A stretch of DNA of 64,000 nt. It comes from Lytechinus pictus (lineage: Eukaryota). Every line of letters begins with the position of its first letter. Within the stretch, counting starts at the first letter, position 1. A program made the position numbers and the translations under genes. This document shows positions 26,001 through 36,800 of this stretch, in pieces. The stretch lies in assembly GCF_037042905.1 (NCBI RefSeq), contig NC_087251.1:18416001-18480000 (forward strand). The letters run 5' to 3'. The notes beneath the pieces were generated by a model that searched no databases, was not told the origin of the DNA, and worked only from the letters and a program-made list of their open reading frames with translations.

Positions 26001-27641
26001 CCCAACTAATACTATAGGCAGACTATTTTGTAGCCAGGCAAAGCTCAAAGCCAGCCAAAATTATGCTCATTTTACTTTTTAGCAAACTATTTTTAGCCCA
26101 ATTTTGTCTTTCCCAGCCCAGAACAAAAAATTAGTCACATGACAGACATGTCTGAATTTTATCCACTTTGCCACGACAGGCATTGCCAATTTCTATTTCT
26201 TCAATCTAGAAGTTGTCATTCAAACTAATCTCAGTCAGACTTAATCTTTTTTATAGACCCTGAAGTGGACTGAAGTCAGTGATCAAAATACAGTACATGT
26301 ATGCATGTACAGTAGGTGCTGATGTTTGTCCATTTGTGTTAATTTTTTTATATAATATTTTGTGTAAAACTTGTGATATTTAGTACATGTAGTCAGTAGA
26401 TTATGTCAAAAGTACATGTACAGCCAGGGTGACTTAAAACCAAATCCAAGAGTTAGGGACTAATAGTGTCAAGATTAAAGATGAAATAGAGCTGTTGCCA
26501 TGCCAATGCCCGTTATGGCAGCCTGCAATGTTGCTGAAATTTAGATTATCAATTAATTAGATTTTGAGAGTACATCTACATGTAGATCTGGTTTTAAAAA
26601 ATGAACCAAAATTAGTTAAAATATGGGCATTTTGGCTGGTTATGAAAGTCTATAAGTGTTTTTTTTTCCTACCTGTTTTGTACAGCAGCAATAATTCTTT
26701 CAAATAGATTGAATTAATCTTGCAGTGTTAACCAAATCCCCCTAAAATTTTCATGTACTTGTACTGTCCACCTTTCAATTATAACCAGTTGCGGTGTACA
26801 GCAAATATTGAAAATGGCCTCCAGTATCAGAATCTTGTGTAAATAAATTTGATTGCCAATACCAGATTCACAAAAGGTCTTTCATTTGGGTGACCAAATT
26901 TCTTTGTTTACATTTTGCGCCAAATGGGTAGCATTGGCTCAAAATGAAAATGTGACGACAGTTTACTCATGTAAAATACATGTAATCCCTTTTTTATTGT
27001 CAACTTCTAATAACCCACTTGAATTTGAGGATTTCTGATCTGAGTGACACAATTTTAAAGTGTTTTCTTTTATCCTTTTGCAAAGCAATTCTCTGATGTT
27101 CAAAATTATCTCCCATAGAGAGTCTCTGATTTATTTGGACTGTGCATCTCTACTGATTGAGGAAGTACATGTACATGTAGGAGTAAAAGGGACAAGAGTT
27201 CCATGGTGTGGTTAGTGTGGTGGTGCCTTAAGTCTGGTGCCTCAAATCTAAAAAGACACTCAATGACCACAAACTTTTCATCTGCAAAACAATATTAAAT
27301 TTTGAAACAGTCAAGATAAAAAAGCAATCTCTTTAATTTCATCTTTGTTGAAAAGAAATGGGTACATGTACATATATGTTGGAAAGGATCTACACTGTAC
27401 ATGTATATTCTTTTGTAATGTTGATGGTGCCCCCTTGTCAAACTTCTGTTCATTTTACAGTTAACACACACCTAGGGATTCATCCTATAAATTACTACAG
27501 TGTACTGTATTTATATATGATTTCTGTTTCAAATCTCTTGTGCAGGAAAAACTTATTGGCATGTCGGTCATCGGTGCTGGTTGCCTCGTGATCCCAGGAT
27601 ATATCATGTCACACTTAGACGTCTACAAGGCCAGGGATTAA
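19908..27641 (+). CDS. cox8: Cytochrome c oxidase subunit 8, 69 aa, 2 exons
   Basis: 19908-20021 joined to 27546-27641 (phase 0, GTAAGA/TGCAG) gives MSGVARTLVLRTAPFVRTNLIQTRGIRSAPPKTPLTLMEKLIGMSVIGAGCLVIPGYIMSHLDVYKARD. Arg-rich acid-free presequence, IxSxPP, one TM helix and PGYIMSHLDVY match COX8 (human ...PAGWILSHLETY). Confidence 0.88.
20414..21690. mobile_element. Decayed hAT-like non-autonomous element with an internal polypurine tract
   Basis: Left CAGGGCGACCAGA, right TCTGGTCACTTG, clustered GGGAC subterminal repeats at 21590-21680, A/G tract 20455-21000. No clear TSD. Confidence 0.55.
22451..23231. mobile_element. Fold-back MITE with TA target duplication
   Basis: TA|CCTCAAGTGAGGGTTCGTG ... 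CACGAACCCTCACTTGAGG|TA. Inverted arms can be followed to about 22825/22853. Confidence 0.88.
23722..25965 (-). mobile_element. 5'-truncated, frameshifted L2/CR1-group LINE (reverse transcriptase pseudogene) in the COX8 intron
   Basis: RT motifs DYSSAFDTIDH, GVLQG, YADDTQIY, upstream TCDLDALPT..IK, C-terminal FWNSLPPQLR..FKKSVKTYLF, (ATT)n tail. Confidence 0.92.
27546..27641 (+). CDS. cox8: COX8 exon 2 (TM helix and C-terminus)
   Basis: EKLIGMSVIGAGCLVIPGYIMSHLDVYKARD then TAA. Confidence 0.88.
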   Translation, partial: EKLIGMSVIGAGCLVIPGYIMSHLDVYKARD

Positions 27642-28350
27642 ACCAGCAGTGGACTCTCTTTAGAAATCATTGTGCATCCAGATTCTATTTGTAATTGTCA
27701 CCAGGGGACTTGGTCAATCATGTCTGTGTATCGCTCCATTCTGATATGATGTTAATTAAAAATTTAATGCAGTATCAGCGAGGGATTACTCCACCACCAG
27801 ATGGCACTATTTCACTTTGATGCAGCAGGGATCAGTATCAACAAGGGAACTGGCTTGATTGAAGGATCAACTATGCAGAAGGAATGAGGGAGGGTCAGGC
27901 TACGGTCTACATGGAAATTAATCTGGCTTCAGAGGAGTCAACATTCCGCTGCTGCTCAACACACACACACACCAACCGAGAACTCAAATAACTTACAAAT
28001 ATTTTAGTACCATGATCCGACCGTTATGTTTTCCGACTTTGTGATACCAGTTTTTATACTTACAGCTAGAGTTAATCATGGCATGCCCAAGTAATTAGAC
28101 CATTTGTGTACATCATTTTTTCTCCCCAAAGGAGTCTATTATCTAAATCATGTATCATCTAAATTATTTAATGATAATATATTTTCAAGGTACATTATTT
28201 GAAAAGAACTTAAATCATGTCTGTGATTTTGCTAGCAGATGCCCTGATGTATACATGTACGTGTACGGTGTAGTACAGTGTGGATTTGTACAAATGTATA
28301 TGACCGGTGTTCTGGTGACACCTTAATCATGCTTATGGTGGAAAATTATT

Positions 28351-28356
28351 ATTAAA
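28351..28356 (+). terminator. Candidate COX8 poly(A) signal (ATTAAA)
   Basis: About 0.7 kb after the stop, followed by GT-rich GTTTGTGCTGTTTCTT. Confidence 0.35.
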
Positions 28357-28489
28357 GTTTTGAAAGTGAAGAACATGCAGTTTGTGCTGTTTCTTAAAGT
28401 TTACTTAATCGTACATAATATTTTACAAACTATCTACAATCAATGATTCTTTACTCATCACATCAGTAGGTAATATACGCTGTTACATA

Positions 28490-29563
28490 CAGTCAGTCCG
28501 CAAGCCCTGAAAAAGTAGCTTCTTTTATCCAAGTGATATTCATGACTAGATGGTTTTTGCATAGTTAATGAGCTTGGTGCGAACCAAAACACCTCTTTTT
28601 ATTAGGCCATTGCTGCTCTAAATATTCACCAAATTTCATGTTTTTGGTATCTTTGTAAAGAAGAAGAATCATTCTTTCAGGTCATGTGTTTGGATTTTTA
28701 AAAGAATGTTGTAATATAGGAAAAACTTTTGATCTAAAACATGAAACAAAATATTTTTTTTCATGCAACAAAAGTTGTTGTTTTCACACTTAATTTCTGT
28801 TTGGGCACAAATGATTTTTAGATTATGATAAAGCTGAAGATCTAAGCTTTAATATGATATAATTTTTATAAGAAGATGTATTTTAGATGGGTCAGCAGCC
28901 AGCTTTTCATAGGCCAAGTACATTTTGCAGCTCAAAAACAAGAATACTGCGCTCTGATTGGTCATAGAGACCACACACCCACGCAAATTCCAATGTTCCC
29001 CACACTGGGCCTCTGCAAGGTCACACTCACCATGTGGTAATCTCTTCAAATTACCCGCGCCTGTTTGTTTTGAAAACAGTATTCAGCCAATCAGAACTCT
29101 GGATTTTATGTTACTCAGAAATCTCGTCTTGCATCTTGATGGAAAAAGCTGGCTGCTGACCCATCTAAAAGATGCCACATATCAAGAGTGACATTGTAAG
29201 AAAGAATAGAGTTTGAGCTTTCTGATGATATAATGATGTTGGTGCCTAAAACACAAAATGTTGCACAATTTGCAAGTGAAAACAGAGGAAGAAAATTCTG
29301 TTTGATGCATCTTTTCATGTAAAAAATTCACTTATTTATCAAAATATTTCATTCAAAAGAAATGACTAATATAAAAGAGTAACATTTACTCTTGCCCATG
29401 GTACAAAAATAATCAATATTACTCAAGGAGAAAGTGGTTAAATTCTTTGAGAAAGAAAGTCTCACAATTCACGAGATTTTGCAGGGATATGAATTCAGCC
29501 ACGAGAGGACTTGGATAAATCTTGCTCATTTGCTCATTAACACAGGGGCTTGCGGACTGACTG
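28490..29563. mobile_element. Tc1/mariner-like non-autonomous element (CAG...CTG termini)
   Basis: TA|CAGTCAGTCCGCAAGCCC ... GGGCTTGCGGACTGACTG; right flank reads CA (probably mutated TA). Further inverted matches TTTATCCAAGT / ACTTGGATAAA. Confidence 0.8.
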
Positions 29564-30277
29564 CATACATTCATGCAGAAAGAAGGAATTTGAAATGCAT
29601 CTCAATTTACAATTTTTAACAATTTTTTATCAGACTCAATGCATAGAATTAAAAAAAAAATTTTAGTCTACTAGTAGTTGAAATGTAAATTATCCCAAAA
29701 CAAATTACTTAATTAGCCATTTTGCTTCCATATGGGAAAGACTAAACAAAGATTAAAACAACAATTTTAAAGTGTAGGAAATCATGGCACAATTTTAATT
29801 CATATTAATTGGCACAAATTCAAAACAGCTGCCATTCAAGTCTGGTGCTTGTATATCTGCAATATGAGAATGTGCCGTGATGGTTATGAATTTGGGGTGA
29901 AGAAAAGTTGACCATTTAATATTTATTTTCCTAACTTTAAAATAATGACAATAATTACCGGTATAGTGATTTACACAGTGCCTTTCCATCTACACAACAT
30001 GATGTTTAAGGAATTGTATAGATGTGTTTTCAAATGCCTTTTGAATCGGTCAAGTGAGTAATTAATGTTTTGTAGGATTGGAGGGAGTTTGTGCTAAAGA
30101 TATAGGGTAAGTGATTGACAAGAATTGAAGCCGAGCTTTTTCTCGTTTTGGGAGTGACACAAATAAATGTAGGAAGGAGCAGATGTTGAACTGAGAGAGT
30201 ATGTTGTTCTTATATGGTGAAAGAGTGAAGAGACAGAAGTAAATGCGGATGATAGTTTGAACAAGTATCAATTCATT

Positions 30278-30476
30278 AGGGCCATCTGCACCATCCCGAG
30301 TTTTCAAATTAGCGCGCTATTTCTGATCCGGCAAATTATCCCGATCTGAACAATCTCGAGATTATTTGTAATGGAGATACAATTACCGCGCTAGTTCGTA
30401 GGATTAATCTCGAGATTGCAATCCAAAGCGCGCTATTTTACGAATTATCGCGCTAATTTGCAGGTGCAGACGCACT
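30278..30476. mobile_element. Harbinger-like MITE or fragment
   Basis: AGGGCCATCTGCACC ... GGTGCAGACGCACT inverted ends, internal repeats AGCGCGCTATTT and AATCTCGAGATT. Confidence 0.45.
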
Positions 30477-30854
30477 CGGGATTATTTATTCACAGCGTCA
30501 AACAAACCCTGGCTTCATGATCAAATGGAATAGTACGCAATAGCTTGAATCACTAACTCCTACTGCCAGTGTATTGTGTGATAACCCGAGCTTAATTTCA
30601 ATTTTGTGCAGTACAAAATGAAGCTATTTCGCAATCCTATATGAACAAATGGAATATTGCAAATAACCTGAAACAATGTGTAATGACAAGTCCTTACTAG
30701 GCCAATTAATTATGGAATTCATTGGCCACATGTGGGAGTTAAATAAGTAGTGTTTTAGGTTACTGACCAACATTGCGCAATATTACATTATTGCATATTA
30801 TTGAAAACACCTTCAAAGACTAAACATATACTTGTTTGTTTTCATTAGTATAGC

Positions 30855-30860
30855 TTTATT
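30855..30860 (-). terminator. Candidate distal poly(A) signal of XDH
   Basis: AATAAA on the minus strand at the end of a UTR-like region about 2.9 kb past the stop. Confidence 0.35.
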
Positions 30861-33791
30861 GCATTTATACAGGTTCAATGTATGTTGTACACAATACATG
30901 TACACTCGATACTATCACCATAATGTAATATGAAAACACTACAGTCTTTATGTAAATGTAAAATGATGCGTGGGCACTTAGTCTCTTCCATAATACATAT
31001 ATCCAAAATTGTCACAATCAGGTTATAACTTTAAGTACTTGTAGGTTTAAAATTCAAGTACCGTTTTAGTAATCAATAGTTACCGGTACTCTTGAAAAAA
31101 AGTCAGATACACAATGTCATCACTTAGTGTCCCCATCGTTTACACAATTCTACATATAAACCAAGTTGCTGATTCTTTCATGTACATACAATAAACGTGT
31201 TGATTTGCAACATACCAAATAAAGAAAATCTGTGAAATTATTGTCATGAATTTAAAAGAAAGGGCATTAATCTGATGATGTAGCATTCAATAAATACAAA
31301 ATTTCTATAATATGTATGCATTTGTAGGATAAATCATTTATATACACAAGTACAGTATACATATTCTTGAACTTTGAACAACATTCATTGCATGTTTCCT
31401 TAAAAATGTTTGTGCACAAGAGCAACAATCAAATCTCGATTCATGATTGAGTATGCTCTTGACAACTCTGGACTGTAAATAATACTTGTTGGTCTGCTTT
31501 AGTCTACTCTGGAAAAAAGGGGGAGGGGAAGAATTTTCTAAAGCTCTTCTCCACCTTGGGTTTCTACTATACAATCTATTTCAGGTGTTATTACAGCAGT
31601 ATTAGTCTAAAATGGTCTATACTGTCATCTGTTCTTACTTGATGGACATGAACGGACTGCTGCTGAAGATGAGAGCACCTGAAATATGAGCAGTGTAATC
31701 ATACCATGTAATATCTGATTTTCACATAAAACGTTGATTAACAAGCCTTCAGGTTATAACATGGGCATCTAGATTTTTGAAGAAAAAAGGGCAAGTCAAG
31801 ATAAAATTCTGAGTTCTATATCTTCCACAAAAAATAAAACCTGCAAACCATATAAATGAAATGCATATATATATATATGTATACGAAATTACTTTCCAAT
31901 GATATCAATATTATAAATGATTTGATTGGTCTGTAAAATATTCAAATCAAGTTCATACACTTTTCAAGTATTGGCAAAATTAGATTTCAAATTAATCTAC
32001 ACAAGGAAACTGAAACAGTTTTAACATAAGCAAATTAAGATTTAAAAAGATCAATATAGTTTTCAAACACCTATATTGACTCAGAGTTTCAATCTTCTAA
32101 AATACGTCCTAAGGATATCACAATAATAACACTTTTTAGTGGTTCAAACTATAACTAAACTTTAATGTCATACATATTCAAGTTTAAAACAGAATCAAAA
32201 TTTAAAACTCAGCAAAAGTTTTCATAATGTGTAAGTATGATGATTGACAATAAATCTGATTACCACTGTGTCTTCAAACATGGACCTACAGGTCCATGCT
32301 TCAAATGAGTATTATATACTTAAAAGACTAAAAAATGGTACAATACTGGAGTTTGTCATGCAGTGATGTAGAAAGATGATTTGTGCTAACTTGGAATTTG
32401 TGCTGACATAATTTGATTTGTCTGCAGTTACTGGCACCTTGCAACATAAAAATTTTGTTTGCCTGAGAAGCAACCTTTTTAAAGGATGCCTTATGACTTT
32501 GTACACATTATTGCTGCTGAGTTTTGTTGCTCGATGTTTGAATGATTCTTTCGTGTAAACATTTGAACCAATAACTAAATACAACGCCCTGACCAATGGA
32601 GAGAATATCCACATTCTGATAATGCACTTTACCCCATTTTTATACAGAAGGGGTTATTCTCGTTTGAGCCACATACATATTAAAAGCATTTAATGCTGGT
32701 TGAAGTACACTCATATAAAAAATCAATTTGACTATGAGCATCACTGAAAAATCACATTAAATATAAGAAAGTTCTTCTTGTAAGAATATATTAATCCTCC
32801 TCCCGACCTTTCAATTGCTGATTATTGACATGATTGGGTACATATACTGTCTACAGAAAATGAATAAATACATGAGACTCTAATATCATAGTTCCATAAT
32901 TTCAATCTAAATCAAGAAGGATGATCATTGTTTTTATTTCAGAAATACAGACACTTCAGAAGATTAGAAGATTTTTATATTACATAAATTTTACATTTTG
33001 ACATGATTTTAAGTCTTTGGTCTTACCAGTATATCCTGATTTTTTAATGCCAAAAATACATGATGGAAATAAATAATAATATATTATTATTGATATAATA
33101 GCACCTTATAACTTCAATGGCAATGAAAAAGGTGAGGTACATGTTCCTTTCCCCAATTAAGAATGCATGAATCAACGAGGAGTTCGCATTTCTTTCTGTT
33201 TAAAAACATAACAAAAAGTTAACTTAAGTTAACTATAAAACAGTTGAACCTAAAAAAAATAACCTAATCCTAAAACAAAACAGAAATCTATATGCATATA
33301 TACATGTACATGATGTAACAAAGTCACCAATAAAATGAGTTTTGGGCTTAACATAATTGAATCATAATGTAAGTGAATAACAAGTAAAAACATTTGGACT
33401 TTAGAGTCACACATAAATTTCTAGTTTTATGTCTTCATATGACACATTAGGCAGATCATACAGGACATGCAATAATTGGAAGGGGGTTGCCACACCTAAC
33501 AATGTGTGACAGGTCTTGTAGTCAATGAGATCATACAATAATTTCTATAATACACTCGTCAATCACATCTTGTGCAACTCAAATCATTTATGAAACAGAC
33601 CTATGGAATAATAATTATTATGGAAATAATGATGGATCTAGAAACAAAGATGTAATGCATCTTAATTTTCCACAGCTAATAGAAAGGTTAAGTCGCTAAA
33701 AAAAAACCATACAGACATAAAAGTTATTTTCCTGAGGGAATCAAAAAAATAAGTACAAATGGAAAAATCTTGCTCCATAGTCAAAATCTAT

Positions 33792-33842
33792 CTAGGGTCT
33801 GACAAAGAAAGGTGTGTATGTCCCTGGCTCTGCTTCTGGAAA
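33792..33842 (-). CDS. xdh: XDH exon 32 (last)
   Basis: [16 protein letters not shown] then TAG. Confidence 0.85.
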   Translation of the reverse strand, partial: FPEAEPGTYTPFFVRP

Positions 33843-36800
33843 CTGAAAAGAAAAGAACAAGGTGAAATATTAATGAAGGGACAAAAGGAGAGAGGGTCTC
33901 TGTATTTAGAATTGCCTGGATAAAAAGGGGGAGGCCTCAAAAACTATATTAAGTGTTTTGCTTTTTTGTTTTCATAATGATTTTCAAAAATATGTCACAG
34001 AATTTGAAAAATTACTTTTTTTCATAAATGCTTATTTGTAAGGGTAGCTTATCAATTTCTAGTATAGTCAATATGAGCTTTTCCAGACTAAGATTGCTCA
34101 ATCTAGAAATAAGTTATACTCAGAGAGTTGAGCTTCAACATAGCACCTTTTTAAACAATTCATAGCCAGACAAGCGAAAATTCAATGAAAATTTATGTTA
34201 CGATACAAACCTGATTCCCAAGGAAAAAATGCTACACTTTTTCTTTCAATTCAAGATCTGGCACTGAAAATATTTGTAAGAATTCAATGAAGAATTGTTT
34301 TCACTAAATACCACCCTCACCAATTTTGTAAACTGGTCAACACAGGCTAATCTAATCCGTTCTGCTACTGCTGGACTGTTAAGGGTGAAGTTTCCAAGGC
34401 CTTCATCAGATCTTGCTGCCAAGATGGCGTCCTTGATGGCAAAAAAGACGGACGAACCAAGGAATAGAGGAGGCTCACCGACGGCCTGATTGAGAGAAAA
34501 GAGACATTTTAAAGAATTATTATTTCATCATCATCATTGACATCGACATCATCATCAACACCATCCTCATCATTATCGTCATCATTGTCATAATGATCAT
34601 CGTCATCATCATTTATCCTCATCCTCCTCATCATCATCAAAATGGAAAAAAGGAGAGTGGATATACACACTGAAAAAAATTTCAATGGAGACCCTAAATT
34701 ATTATTATTATTATTTATTCGGCAAATAATATTCAAAAATACATTTCAATGTAAACAATATAAAATAAGAAATATCAACCAGTGAAACGCCAGGGACAGA
34801 AAAAGTTAACTTAAGGACGTTCCACAGTTAAAGTGAAATCCATGTCATTTTCACCAAACTTTGCACATAGATACTTTAGAACCTTAATATTCGAAATATG
34901 CAAAATATAACATAGGTCCATGTGCTTGATTTTCTGCTATAGAGCTTTAAAGTTCACCCAAATTGATGTTCTTAAGAATTGCGCATTCAAAAGAATTTGG
35001 CATTTTTAGACCACCCAAGATTACTACAATGAGTTTAAATCAACAAAGTACAAGTGCTGGACAGGGAGCCGCGGTACTTCGAGAGAGGTGTGAAAGAGGC
35101 CATCTACATCCGGGCGTTCAGACCTTCTCTCAACAGAGACGGGGGGCGATACAAGCTTCCGAATGTCTACGACCCGATCATCGATCATTACGTCACTAAG
35201 GTCAAATCGGGTCACATCGCTGACGAAGGTTGCAGTTAGCAGCCGAAAATTTCGAGGTAACTCTTCGTTATTTTCTGTTTTTTGTGTTGTGAACCAAAGT
35301 TCAACAAAATCGTTATCTTTTACCAACACAGATGAACTTTCATAATCGAGTTTAAACCTCTATTACTCAGTCAAAATACATGAAAAAGTCATCAAATTTC
35401 GCAAGAGAGTTAATGATTGTATCATTAGAATGGAGAATCTATTCATAGTGCTATTTGTTTGCAATTTTAAGTTTAACAGCACTGTCAGTTCTTAAAAATG
35501 GCGTAAAATATAACAAAATCTAAATCTAAAATATGTAACATTTCAGTAACAAACTACAAACGTACAATAAATGCTGCACTTTATTCAAAATCCATGTCAT
35601 TTTCACCAAAATTTGCAGAGTTGTAGAGGAAGGTGTACCTAAGAGGATCAAACATTAAAAAATAGGGGTTCATGTGCTTGTTTTTAAACTATCAGCATTT
35701 TTATTAGAGCAAATGTGCTTTTTAAAACACCAAAAATGTGCCGAGTGCTTAGTATCTATGTGAAGAAAAAATCAAAACCACTCTACCATTTATTCAAACT
35801 CGGGGTAATTTTCGTGATTCTTGGCAGCACTGCAGAGTAAAGTATTTTGAAATTGTAGAGAATATATTTTTGAACGGTCCATGGAATAATTCATTTTTTT
35901 AGCTTCATGAAATAACGCATCGGATCTGCAGTTAAAGTGCAGAAGATGAGAAAAATCAGCTCATACCCGCAGCTAATTAATCACCTGTTCATCCATTGTG
36001 ACGTCAGCGCGCAGAGTGTAAACTATGCGCAGATCATAATGCGCACAAACATAACTGTGGAACGTCCTTAATTACTGTGGCATGAAGCCTCCTGTCCCAA
36101 TTCCAATGGTTGATTTACAATATATATTAATAACTAAACAATAATAAAATACTCATAATTATAAAGGGGTGTAGCATGTGATTAATAAAATATATAAATA
36201 AATTTAGTTACTTGTAATTGAAAATGATTGGAAATTACGGGGAAAGAGAATTAAGAAAGCTGAATGAAGGTGACAAAAAGAAAGGAAAGGAGAGAGTGGG
36301 AGAGAGAGAGAGAGAGAGGGGGGTGGGAAAGGAAAAGAAAAAGTGACACAGGCAAAGGAATTGTGAACGCACCCAAAATGGTACAATAATACTAAAAATA
36401 AAACTTAACTTCTAAGGAATTTCTAAGGGATTAAACACTACTTAACAACTCGCTTAAATCGGGCGCTGGCGGAGGTAACGCCCAAGCGCTACAAGCCATT
36501 ACTACAGGAAAACTTTCTTATCAACATAAAAGATGTTCTGTTCAGAACCAAAGGTAAGTAGTGGTGTAGGGGGCTACCATGTTTGCAGAGTATACACTTT
36601 CTCTTACCTCCCACTTACAACATACAGCAAAGAAGTTTCATCGTTTGTTACATATGGTTATGTTGTACATGTAAAGGCAAGAGAGTGAAGATTGTGCAAA
36701 CATTGTGTGAAAAATGCTGAGAGTGGTCGCAGATTTAAAGAAAAAAAAAAAGCTGAAAATAAGCCCAAATTGCACAAGCTCCTTCACTTTTGTACACAGG

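Larger units (their letters stand above)
34815..36067. mobile_element. Non-autonomous TTAA-targeting DNA transposon (Kolobok-like)
   Basis: TTAA|GGACGTTCCACAGTTA ... TAACTGTGGAACGTCC|TTAA, perfect 16-bp TIR. Confidence 0.88.
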
